The position numbers and the translations under genes were made by a program. Below are positions 1 through 20,685 of a stretch of 64,000 nt of DNA, piece after piece. The notes under the pieces are model-generated. The model did no database searches. It was not told where the DNA came from and was given only the letters and a program-made list of their open reading frames with translations. The stretch comes from the human T2T-CHM13v2.0 reference genome, Homo sapiens, in assembly GCF_009914755.1 (NCBI RefSeq), contig NC_060929.1; one strand, written 5' to 3'. Within the stretch, counting starts at the first letter, position 1, and the number at the start of each line of letters is the position of its first letter.

Positions 1-390
1 AAGGATAAGTAAATCCTACCAAAATTTAGGGACCTGTAATCTTGCTATTAGGGGCTCAGTGGTCTGCAGGAGGCTGAGATATTATTTTTAAGATGAAGCA
101 TAAATTACTGGATCTGGCCTATTATACCACTAAGAAAGAAGTACAATACCAAGTGATAGTCTTTGAATATTGGGTATGATAGTCATTGTTTTTTGAAGAA
201 CACAAAAGAATGTCATTTTTAAGTGGTCCTGCAATAAGAGAAGGCTCTCCAACAGATCCAGGCTGCCATGCCAGATGCTCTTCCTCTTGAGACATATGTT
301 GCATTAGATCTGATGCTGCTGAAGTATTTATGGCAGATAAGGAGTCTATAGGAAGATTTTGGAAAGTCTCTATAATGGATCACAGCACAG
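1..390 (+). mobile_element. ERVL-class internal (pol RT/RNase H) remnant, cut by window edge
   Basis: Degenerate matches to remembered HERVL pol: ccactaagaaagaagtacaa; agaaggctctccaacagatccaggctgccatgccagatgctctt; gtatttatggcagataagga. No intact ORF. Confidence 0.75.
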
Positions 391-589
391 AAATTTATGT
401 AAGTCAGATTCATTCCTTATGACCTCAGTCTTTCTACAAGGGCTCATTGACAAAGTATTAATAAATGAAACAACTGGTTGACAGTCAGTTAAGTTGAGTT
501 GCTGCCACACAATGCAGTCTTAAAAATGATCTATCAAATTTTTACTCCAGAAATACATCAAATGTGATTGTAATAAATGATTCTTTTTT

Positions 590-808
590 TGTATAGTGCT
601 GAATTATGTTTGTAATCTTTCATTTAGGATATTTGCATCTCTGTTCATGAGATATGTCAGCTTTTAATTTTGCCTTTTTATAATATATTTTTCAAAGTTA
701 AAATTAATTTGGCCTAAAAATACAAGATAAAAAGCGTCCTCTCTTTTTCTATTCTTTGTAAAAGCTTGTGAAAACTAGTGCTATTTCTTCATTAAATGTA
801 AGTAAGAT
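590..808 (-). mobile_element. Old L1M ORF2 fragment (antisense)
   Basis: aggatatttgcatctctgttcatgagatat and similar motifs are typical antisense L1 ORF2. Confidence 0.55.
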
Positions 809-1925
<1,117 letters not shown>

Positions 1926-1929
1926 ATTG

Positions 1930-3655
1930 AAGTCATCAGATAATCTATCTGTGCCAAGAGTTTTATTTAAGGTAAAGTATTCAATTATAGATTTATTTCA
2001 TTTAACAGTTTTAAGACAATAGAGACTTTTTATATCTTCTTGTGTCAATTTTGGTAAGTTGTATTTTCCTAGAAAATTGTCCTTTTCTTCTAAATTTAAA
2101 CATTTATTGGCATAAAGTTGCCCACTAAAATGTCTCATAAACCTCTTAATTCCTATTACTATTGTCCCTTTTTAATTCTTGTTATTTGCTTTTTGTTAGT
2201 CTTTATTTCTTGACCCATCACACCAGGAGTTTATCAATTGTATTAGTTTTTCTCAAAAAAAATTTAGCTATTGATCTATTTTATGTTTATTGCTACTTCA
2301 TTAACTCTTACTTTGACTCTTTCCCTTCTACTTTTTATAGATTTAAATTTACTGTCATTTTTCTAAGTTCTTGAGATAGAAGCTTAGATAATTGATTTCC
2401 ACCTAGCTTTTCTAATCATAAATGTTCTATGAAATGATGTATGTATGATAGCTATAGATTTTTCATGAATATTCTTTATATAGTTGAGGAAGATCCCATC
2501 AATTCCTAGTTTCCTGAGCATTTTCATGAGGAAATTTAAGATTTCGTATGAAGCACAGCTTTAACTGCATCACATAAATTTTGATATGTAGTGCCTTAAT
2601 TATCACTTATTCCAAAATATTCCCTAATTTCCTTTGTGATTTCTTTTTTAACCTATGAATATTTCCATTTACAAACTTTGGAGTATTTTCTAATTATCTT
2701 GTAGTTATAGATTTCTACACTAATTGTACCATGGTAAGATTACATAGTATATGACATAATCTTTTAAAATTTGGCTAAACAAATGGTTAATTTTAGTAAA
2801 GAAATGTGTATCTTGTGATTTTGGTACCACATGCAAAGGTATGTCATTTGGACCAAAAATATTATGTTTTTAATAATACTCATATTGAGATGTGTGTTTG
2901 TTTTCTAAATTAAAAAAAAAGATGGCAAAATCTCCCCAAAATAATGTAGATTTGTATATTTTTACTTTTAATCCATCATTTAAAAAATAATTATTAGATG
3001 ACATTATTAACATGATTCAGGTTAAAATTGTTCCATTTTCCTAGTAAATTTAAACATATTATTATAAAGTATATCTCACAATATCCAGTGTTTGTTTCTG
3101 TCTTACATCTCATTTCATAGGTCTGTAAACTTTGAATATTATTTATAAGTTGTATATTTTTCACTTTTATTTATTTTCAGTTTCTGTATGTCCTTTAGAT
3201 ATGCTTTCTAAATAGAACATGGTTGTTGCCATTGATGTTATTATTCTTATAAAGTCTGAAAATATATTATATTTACATTAACTTCATTTACACTTAACAT
3301 AATCACACACACATCCATCCATTTGTATGTATGTACTCAGTGTATTTCATCATTAAGTATGATAGCTGTAGATTTTTCATAAATATCCTTTATATAGTTG
3401 AGGAAGATCCCATCTATTCCTAGTTTCCTGAGCATTTTCATGAGGAATAGATGTTAAATTTTTCTTAAATACTTATTTGCACCTATTGAGATAACCAAAG
3501 CATTTTTCTTTTCTATTCTACCAATGTGATAAACTATCATGCTATATTAATATAGTGTATACCACAAAATTGATAGTTCAATGCTAAGTGAGCATTGTAT
3601 TTATGGAATAAATCCCATTTGGTCATGATGTATTATTCTTTTTGGATATTACTGG
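1930..3655 (-). mobile_element. Old L1M ORF2 fragments (antisense, degraded)
   Basis: gtgtcaattttggtaagttgtattttcctagaaaattgtcc; aaatcccatttggtcatgatgtattattc. Confidence 0.7.
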
Positions 3656-3659
3656 ATGC

Positions 3660-4273
3660 TGTGTTATGTTATATCTTGCTGCATAATAAATTCCCAATAA
3701 CACATTTACTTAAAACATGATTTTATTATCTCACAGTTTTCATTGGTTAGGCATATGAGCATGGATTAACTTGGTTCTCAAATCAGAGTTTTACAGCTGT
3801 AAGCAAGGTGCCAAATATGATGGAGTTCTTATTTGGAGCTTAGGGTCTTCCAAGCTCATTCAGGTTGTTTTATGTAGAATTAGGTTTCTTGAGGTTGTAT
3901 GACTGAAGTATTCATTTTCTTGCTCTCTGTCAGTCAATGACTACTGTCAGATCCTAGAAGCTACTTTTGGGTTCATATCATGTGCAGCTCATAAGCAGTT
4001 CACAACATGGATATTTGCATTCTCCCAGGCCAGCAGGAGTGTATAAATATGACTTTCTCCTCTGCAACTAGCTAGAAGAAACTCTCTGTAAAGATCCTGC
4101 CTGATTAGATCAGGCTCACCTAGGATAATTTCCCTTTTAGATACATAACATAACATAATCATGAGAGTGGTAACTAATTACAATTATAGCTTCCACCCAC
4201 AATAAAAGGGATTATATAGGCACATACACCAGATGGTGGGAATCTTGAGGATTATCTCAGAATCCTGCCTACG
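3660..4273 (-). mobile_element. MLT1E-like MaLR solo LTR
   Basis: tgctgcataataaattccc...ttttattatctcacagtttt at one end; ggtgggaatcttgaggattatctcagaatcctgcctac at the other. Confidence 0.8.
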
Positions 4274-4324
4274 AGAGATTTTATTTGATTGAATTTTGTT
4301 TAAAAATGTGTTTAAGAACAAAGC

Positions 4325-5240
4325 AAAGAGACAACCTACAGAATGGGGGAATATATTTGCCAACTATGCATCTGACAAAGGTCTAATACCCAGTATATAT
4401 AAGGAACTTAAACAAATTTACAGAGAAAAACAACCCCATTAAAAAGAAGGCAAAGGACACAAACAGACACTTCTCAAAAGAAGACATACATGTGGCCATC
4501 AGCATATGAAAAAAAGGTCAATATCACTGACCATTAGAGAAATGCAAATCAAAACTACAATGAGATACCATCTCTCACCAGTCAGAATGTCTACTATTAA
4601 CAGATACTGGTGACATTGCAGAGAAGAGGGAACACTTACGCAATGTTGGTGGGAGTGTAAATTAGTTCACTCATTGTGGAAAGCAGTATGGCAATTCCTC
4701 AAAGAGCTAAAAGCTGAGGTAACATTCAACCCAACAATCCCATTACTGGGTATATGCCCAGAGGAATATATTAATAAATCATTCTACCATAAAGACACAT
4801 GCACGCGAATGTTCACTGCAGCACTATTCACAATAGCAAAGGCATGAAATCAACCTAAATGCTCATCGAAGACAGATTGGATAATGAAAATGAGGTACAT
4901 ATACATCATTGAATACTATGCAGCCATAAAAACGAATGAGATAATGTATTTTGCAGGAACGTGGATGGGGCTGCAAGAACAGAAAACCAAATACAGCACG
5001 TTCTCACTTAAAAGTGGGAGCTAAATGATTAGAACTTATGAATACAAAGAAGGAAACAACAGACACTGGTGTCTACTTGAGGGTGGAGAGTGAGGAGGAA
5101 GAGGAAAAAAGAAGATAACTATTGGGTACTAGGCTTAATATCTGGGTGATGAAATAATTTATACAACAAGCCCTGTGATAGGAGTTTACCTACGTAACAA
5201 AATTTCACATGTACTCCTGAAACTAAAGTAAAAGTTATTT
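4325..5240 (+). mobile_element. 5'-truncated L1PA15/16-like (ORF2 end + 3'UTR)
   Basis: agacaacctacagaatggg...gaaatgcaaatcaaaactacaatgagatacc...aactattgggtactaggcttaa. Confidence 0.9.
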
Positions 5241-5250
5241 TTAAAAATGT

Positions 5251-5590
5251 ATAGAGTAGAATACTGGCTACTAGAGGCTGGATAGGGTGAGGGTGTTGGG
5301 GAAGGTTGGTCAAGGAGTACAAAGTTACAATTAGACAGAATGCACAATGTTTCATTGCTGAGTAGAATGATGTAGTTAATAATAATATATTACATATTTC
5401 AGAATAGCTAGAAGAGAGGATTTTGAGTGATCTCACCACAAAGAAATGATAAATGTTGGAGGAGATGAATATGCTAAATTATCCTAATTTGATCATCACA
5501 CATTGTAAACCTATATGAAAACATCACACTCTATGCCATAAATATGTATAGTTATTATATATCAACTAACAATAAAATAAACTTAAATAA
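5251..5590 (+). mobile_element. L1MA-type 3'UTR fragment
   Basis: atagagtagaata...tacaaagttacaattagacag...aagaaatgataaatgttggagg; A-rich tail. Confidence 0.85.
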
Positions 5591-5593
5591 AAA

Positions 5594-6135
5594 GAACTAA
5601 AAATAAAACTACCATACAATCCAGCAGTCCCACTACTGGGTATATACCCAAAAGAAAAAAAAGATCATTCTATTAGGAAGATGCCTGCACTTGGATGTTT
5701 ATCATGGCACTATTCACAATAACAAAGATACAAAATCAACCTAAATGTCTGTCAATGGATGAGTTGGTAAACAAAATATAATCTCTATACACCATGGACT
5801 GCCACTCAGCTATCATAAGAATGATATCGTGTCTTTTGCAGCAAGATGGATGGAACTGGAGGCCATTAAACTAAGTGAAATAACTCAGAAACAGAAAGTC
5901 AAATACCCCATGTTCTCACTTATAAGTAGGAGCCAAACAATGGGTACACATGGACATACAGAGTGGGAAAATAGACACAGGAGACTCAGAAAGGTGGGGT
6001 GGGGGTGAGGTTGAAAAATTACCTATTGGGTATCATATTTACTATACATAAAAATATATACTAAAAGCCCAGACCTCACCACTATGCAATATACCCGTGT
6101 AACAAAACTGCACATGTACGCCCTACATCTTTAAA
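5594..6135 (+). mobile_element. L1PB-type 3' end
   Basis: ccactactgggtatatacccaaa...gaaaaattacctattgggta...ctaaaagcccagacctcaccactatgcaata. Confidence 0.88.
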
Positions 6136-6375
6136 ACATGTTGATTCTGTGTACCGAAGAGATTTTGGTGAGTAGTTTACAGTTTTATTTTTCCCCTTGT
6201 AATGTCTCTATCTAGTTTTGATAGAAAATACTGCTATTCTCATGTGGAGGGTGTTTCCCTCCTCTTCAATTTTCTGGAAGAGTTTGTGTAGAGTTGGAAC
6301 TATTTCTTTGTTTAGTGTTGGGCATAATTGACCACTGATGCCATCTGCGCATGTGGTTTTCTTTGAGGTTAGGGG

Positions 6376-8654
<2,279 letters not shown>

Positions 8655-8667
8655 TGGTTAGGTTTTT

Positions 8668-12065
<3,398 letters not shown>

Positions 12066-12069
12066 CCTA

Positions 12070-12730
12070 TGAAGTAGCCTTGTTGTCTGAGGTATTACCC
12101 AGAGTTCTTTGTCTCATGACCAAGAAAAATAAGGAGCATGGACACCAAAGGTGAGGTTGGAGTGAAAGTTTAATAAGCAAAAGAGGAATCACTCTATAGC
12201 AGAAAGGGAGCCCAAAAGAGGGTTGCCAGCTATAAGGCTGAGTTTAGGGACTTTATGGACTGGAATGGAGAGGAATAAGCTGACTGGTCTACAGGTCATT
12301 TTGGTGAAAGCACAAGTTAGAACGATGTATGATAGTGTAAAGAACCAATTGGAGGCAGAGGTGAAGTCTTGGCCTGGCACCTTGGCCCCGGACCAGTCAG
12401 GTATTGAAGTGATGACTCACCCTATGTAAATGAATACTTAGCCCACAGCCAATTATAGAAAGGTAGGCATATGTAAAATAGGTGAAAACTAAGAGACCAA
12501 TAGGTGAAAAGTAAGAAACTAAGTCATGCCAAGGAGAGACAAATGTGTCCAAAAAGAGGTTGAATTTGTTCATCTCAGTTCACAGGGCAAGCATTTCTAT
12601 TCAAGGACATGCGCTCTTTCTTTTCTGGGGCCTACTGCTTGATTTTCAGGCTGTTCTTTGTTTGAAGGAATTTTACCAATGACCCACCCTAACTGCCTGC
12701 CTGACTGCTTTCTTACTTTCTCCTTTTTCA
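12070..12730 (-). mobile_element. ERV1-class solo LTR (LTR27/MER61-like; family uncertain)
   Basis: TG...CA termini, perfect 4-bp TSD ccta (12066-69, 12731-34); ATTAAA on - strand (tttaat near 12170). Confidence 0.88.
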
Positions 12731-12734
12731 CCTA

Positions 12735-14010
12735 GGCATGGCCTCTTTCCAGGCAGTAAACTGTGGTAATTATAGGCCTCAACTTTTTTATGTCTTGCCT
12801 CTCAGGAATAATTGTCCTTCATTGCTGGATGTCTAACATATTGAAAAACATTCTCATGTATTTTATGCCAAATGACAAATTTGTCCTCTGTAATTCTATA
12901 TTGGCTGGAAATTTAAGTCCAGTGTGCTTTTCTTTTGATTTATCCTGTTTTAGGGTATATTGCTCTCTGTAATCAAACTTGATTTTTAAAAACAATTTAC
13001 ATTTTTTTCACCACTTCCTTTCTATTTCTACTCCTACCCATCTGTTATTAGTAGCTCCTCTACCTCTACCACTCCATTACCCATATACATGTTCTACCTT
13101 TTCTCTGTATCTCTTTTATCATCTTTCTGTACATATGTATTCTTTTCTTTTTAATCTCTTTAAACTTACTCCTGAAAATTTTCTTCTGACATGTCTTTCA
13201 GTGCCTAATTATTTTTCTAATATGTTATTGAACCCATATTTAGAGTTCTTACTTTGGTTTTATATTTCTCAGTTCTAGAATTTAGATTTATTTTGTTTGT
13301 CTAGTTTTCTGTTTTTAGGTTTCCAATTTTCTCTTATAAATCTCATTTTCTTTCCATCTCCTTGAACATAGTAAATGTACTTAATTTGAATTATGTGTGT
13401 CATACTTTCATTAGCTGTATTCCCTGAGCATTCATTTTTATTGTCTGTTGTTTCTCTTGGTTTATGTTTATGTTATTATATTCCTCATCTTCCACTTTCA
13501 TTTTGAATGATAGATACTGAATACGAAAAAAAGTTTAGAAATAATTTTAAGCCTTGGATAGTGTTCTTCCTTCAGAGAGGAATTTATTTGCTTCTGCTAG
13601 GAGGCTATCAAGGTACCAGCAAGTCAAAATTATAGAGCTGGTATGTTTCCAAAGTCACTCTTACTCCCAAGGTATTATCTTTTGTGATATAACTACAGAG
13701 AACAGAGAAATACCAGGTGCCTCTTTCTGTATGTTCTGGAATCTAATATTTTTCCACTAGCACAGGATTGTCAAAATGATCACTCAACTCCTTAGCTTCT
13801 CATCCTCTTCTTGATTTAGCAAACAATATCTTGAAAAATGCAATGCCAGGGTGGGGCCCACCTTACTGCGATTCTGCCTTCTTTTGGATCCTGGCCTAAA
13901 CATCCTTCATAGTCTTATTAGATGTCTAATATAAGTAGATATTTTTAATACTTTTTTCAGATTTATTAATTGTTTCAATGGAAGTGTTGGTCTGGATTGC
14001 CTTGCTTCTG
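12735..14010 (-). mobile_element. Old L1M 5'-region fragments
   Basis: Degenerate antisense L1M motifs (aacccatatttagagttctta; cttccttcagagaggaatttatttgcttctg). Confidence 0.5.
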
Positions 14011-14949
14011 ATTACTAGAATATAAAATTCCATTGTTATTCTCACGTTTTTACATAAGTACATGCATTTGTTTGATAAAAGTAAAGTCAACCAAAATTAA
14101 ATGCATTCTGAAATAAGTAAATTTTATTTGATCAGCAGTAAGAATCCACTATAAATTCTGGTTGAAGGTAGAGACATGAAGGCAATATTATTGGAGAAAT
14201 GGATAGAATTAGAAATTTTTAAAATAATAATTGACTATAAATGTCCATAATTTCAAATGGGGCTAAATTTTCATAACTAATCATTATATTAGTAGATCTT
14301 TGTTTGACCTAATAGTAAAAATAAGTTAGTGTGCTAATTAATTGTTCACAGATTTTCTATTACAATGCTAGTAGCAGAGATTTTACTTTGAGCCAGAGTC
14401 AAATCCAATGTAGGGGTGGAAAGCTATTTGTGTGTATGTGTGAATGTGTTTGTTTGTGTGTGGTCAGTGTAAACTTAAAGAGATTTGGGTGAAATTAAGT
14501 TTGGGAGAATGATCAAAATTAGAAATATATGATATAAGAATTACTTAAAGTTTTATACTGGAAAAAATAAAGTGATTTACTACAAAAATTAATTAGGAAA
14601 TATCTATGTGAGCTCACTATTTTAGTAAGAAATATATATTTCAGCACTGTCACCAAACAGACCCAGCAGGGAGTGAATACCATCAGTGAACATGGAGAAA
14701 AAATAAAATATTTATACCTAGTGCCAATATTTAGACTCTATTTCACTCTAAATTTAAACTTTTATGTGAAGAGTAACTGATTTCATGTCTTTGACCAGGA
14801 AAACATTAAAAATAAAAAGTGTATGAAATATTGCTAGAAAGCAAAGACGCTTTTAAAATGTCTGGGGGAGTATTGAAATTAAGGCATTTCCATAAGCTAA
14901 ATTGTTACCAAGTGAGACTGAAAAAGAGACTAATAATCATGGCCAATAG

Positions 14950-15200
14950 GCATTAAAAGAATGAAATCATATCCTTTGCAGTAACAGAGATGGAGCTGGA
15001 GACCATTTTCCTAAGTGAACTAACTTAGAAACAGAAAATCAAATATCACATGTTCTCACATATAAGTGGGAGCTAAACAATGGATACATATGAACATAAA
15101 GATGGAAATAATAGATACTGGGGACTCCAAAAGTGGAGAGGGTGGGAGGGGGCTGAGGTTAAAAATTACCTATTGGGTACAATGTTCAATTAAAAAAAAA
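14950..15200 (+). mobile_element. L1PB-type 3' fragment ending early in an A run
   Basis: gaatgaaatcatatcctttgcag...aaaattacctattgggtacaatgttca then A9. Confidence 0.85.
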
Positions 15201-16024
15201 CTATGTGAAAGAAATGGAGCTAAAAGTCCTATTTATATAGTAAGTGATGTATAATTTTTAGAAATGTTTTAACTCAATGTATGTTAGTTCTAATTTGAAT
15301 TACCAGTTCATAATCAATATCAAAGAGTTAATAATCTAGATGCTATAACTTTCTGCTATCTGGTTACATTCTTTTTGTTAGATTACCTTTACCATGGAAA
15401 AGTATCAAAATAATATCATTACCTTTGTGAGTATCAGAATAATATATATTACTGTACAAAGAAAGTATAAGAATCAATATAGAATAAAAGTCATGGAGTT
15501 TAAATTTTAAAATAGGTGCAGTTGGAACTCTTTTGTTGAGTTTGTGAGTGCTGAGCTTCTGTATTTTTTATCTTTCGTTTAAGAGGTTTGATGTATTTTT
15601 TAAAATACAATAATAAATTCATAATTTTATTTTAAATTAATAAGATCATTTAATTGATTAATCTTAGCATTTAAAAACATATTAATCAAAATGTAGGTCT
15701 CCTAAACTGAGCATGAATTAAAGCAGGAGAAAACCCCCCTTTGTATAAATATCCCTGAGACATTCAAGATATCTAGGAATTCTGAATTTTAACATGTCTG
15801 ACCACGTCTGGCCAACTGTTAAAAGAGTCAAGAGAGGACCATGTGTAAAGGCTTTCTATAGGCAAAAAGAGGCAGGCCAAAATAACTTTCCCATTACAAA
15901 GCCTTCGTCATTACAAAGGTGGTAATAATTCTCACTACACCATGGTGGTTTTCAACAGCCTGGGCTAATAGCCACGTGTCTGAGTCCTTATGAAAGAAAG
16001 TGATATAAGTAAAAATAATAGGGC

Positions 16025-16688
16025 TGTGGCAGGCCAGGTCTCACTAACAGCTGAACAGGCAGGCCTCCATGACGACTTTTTTAGCACTGACTGAGTGGTT
16101 AAGTTAAACATTAAAAGCTGATAGGGCCAGTGCCCTTATACAAAGGCTGGAATGTAACAAAAGCCCACCAAGGGTTTTGCCAAGGCTTTTCCTGGGCCCT
16201 GAAGCGTGACAAGATAATGAGGGAATTCTTAACAGAACCCGTTTAAGATTAAACAAGTTTTATTGGGGGTCTGAAGAAACTCTGCAGACCTCCACAAACA
16301 AGTTTTATTGGGGAACTCCCCAAACCTCCATGATTTCGCAGGAGACAAGATAAGGGTAATCACCCCTATCACCTGGACCCATCAAGATTAAGTAAATTTA
16401 CTGAGGCTCCAGAGCAAGGCCTTAAGGACTCAGACCTTAGTTATAGATTAGAAGAAGTTAATCATTTATGTCTTTAGATGAATGCACACTTACACTTACA
16501 GGTAGACATGTAGCTTAGAAGGTATATAAGCGCTGGAAACTTTGTAATATTGAGTTGGTCTGGTAATACTTTCTCGGCCTTCTCCTTGTACCCAGTAACA
16601 GAAATAAACTCTTCTTTCCCAGTTCATCTGCATCTCGTTATTGGGCCACAAGAATAAGCAGCCTGACCCTTGGTTTGGTCTGAGAACA
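16025..16688 (+). mobile_element. ERV1-class solo LTR (LTR15-like, tentative)
   Basis: TG...CA termini, 4-bp TSD gggc (16021-24, 16689-92), TATATAA 16523-29, AATAAA 16603-08, internal repeat aaacaagttttattgggg x2. Confidence 0.9.
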
Positions 16689-17454
16689 GGGCCATAACGC
16701 AAGAGCACACAAGCAGCAACTCATGTCACATAGAATATACTACAAAGGTATATTCAACTCGCAACACATCAGTGAGTAGCTTTGATGCCATGAGGGCATT
16801 GGTGCCTCAGTGGTGATGCCTCAGGTTAGCTCCAGATGGAGCAATAAGTTGCTTAGCAGAAATCCTAGTGCCTAATAGAGTACTTGTAGGCCTGCCAAAA
16901 CCAAGGTGGCTGAAAGAGTACCTGGAAGATCTGAAGACACAGCTGGGTAAGTGCAGTGGGATAGTTCATGGACAAATGACAAACATGCTCTAGAAACACT
17001 TGGGCTGAGCTTGTCAGGGATGAAGATCCTGCAAGATGCGATTTGGAAGAATGGCAGCAGTAACAATAAATGTCACTAATGTTAATGTGACCTAATATAC
17101 ATAAATGCTCTTAATATCTGGATAACTTGTATTTCATACTTATTAAAATAAATTCTGAGGGTATAAAATTGTAACATCATTGTTCTAGGGGAAATTCTGG
17201 CTATGTTTAAAAATAAAGAATCTTTTAATAATTGAAATTTTAAAACTCTCAAGTATGAATATTTCTACTATGGTAATTTATAATACAAATATAGTTTTTA
17301 AATGTTGAAGCATTTGTTGAAATTCATTTTATTGCCATGACCAAACACAAATAAAAATAATTTCATTATAGTTTTATATAAATGAGCTTAGTGGGAATGC
17401 AAATTCTCATTAGCTGTGATGAAAAGACACCTATCCTATTAACAAAAGACCATC

Positions 17455-17610
17455 TTTGAAAATTTGTTAGCCTCTGCTACTTTTTAGACAGCATTCTATG
17501 TGCTCAGCTTAAAGCAGTGAACAAGACAGAGAATGTCTGTGCTTCCACAGAGACCTACAATGTCAGGGAGGGAGGGAGAAATATCCAAACAAGAAACAAA
17601 AAGGATAACG
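17455..17610 (-). mobile_element. L2 3' end fragment
   Basis: agcattctatgtgctcagcttaaagcagtgaacaagacaga resembles the antisense L2 3' end. Confidence 0.6.
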
Positions 17611-17655
17611 CATTGGTAGGTATTGTACCTCTACTTTCTTTGGGAGCAATTGTCA

Positions 17656-18960
<1,305 letters not shown>

Positions 18961-18964
18961 AAGT

Positions 18965-19140
18965 GGCTGAAGATTGACTAAAGGAGTCAATAAGAAATTT
19001 CCAGGTGTGATAGAATCATTCTATACCTCAGTGGTGTAATGGTTAAATAAATGAATGCTTTTAGGAAAACTCATCAAAATATACATTTAAGATCTTTATA
19101 TTACACTGAATGTAGATCTTACTATGATAAAAAATCAACT
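18965..19140 (+). mobile_element. L1MC/MD-type 3'UTR fragment
   Basis: aaaactcatcaaaatatacatttaagatct...tacactgaatgtag. Confidence 0.6.
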
Positions 19141-19459
19141 GAAAAAATAAAAAACTCAGAGCTTATGTGAGAAAAGTTAAAAAACAAGATGAAATAAGCT
19201 ATATAATCCAATATCATTTATATAAACTAAAAATATGTCCACACAAAATAACAATACATGTTTCATAAAACACATACTGGGTGAAAAAACATAACATTCA
19301 ATGGTATAGAATGGTTGCTGTGGTTGGGTAGGGGAGAGGGGAGCAGGGGAAGGAGTGGTTCAGAGGAAAAGTGAGAATAAACAAGTAAAGTGGAATTTGC
19401 TTCCATGGACCTTTCACGTACGTATTCCTTTCAGATACAACTTTCTGACCTAAAATGCA

Positions 19460-20685
<1,226 letters not shown>

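Noticed and set aside
14618-14717. - strand 100-nt open segment ending at gtgagc
   Set aside because: No polypyrimidine tract at the acceptor and no recognisable protein.
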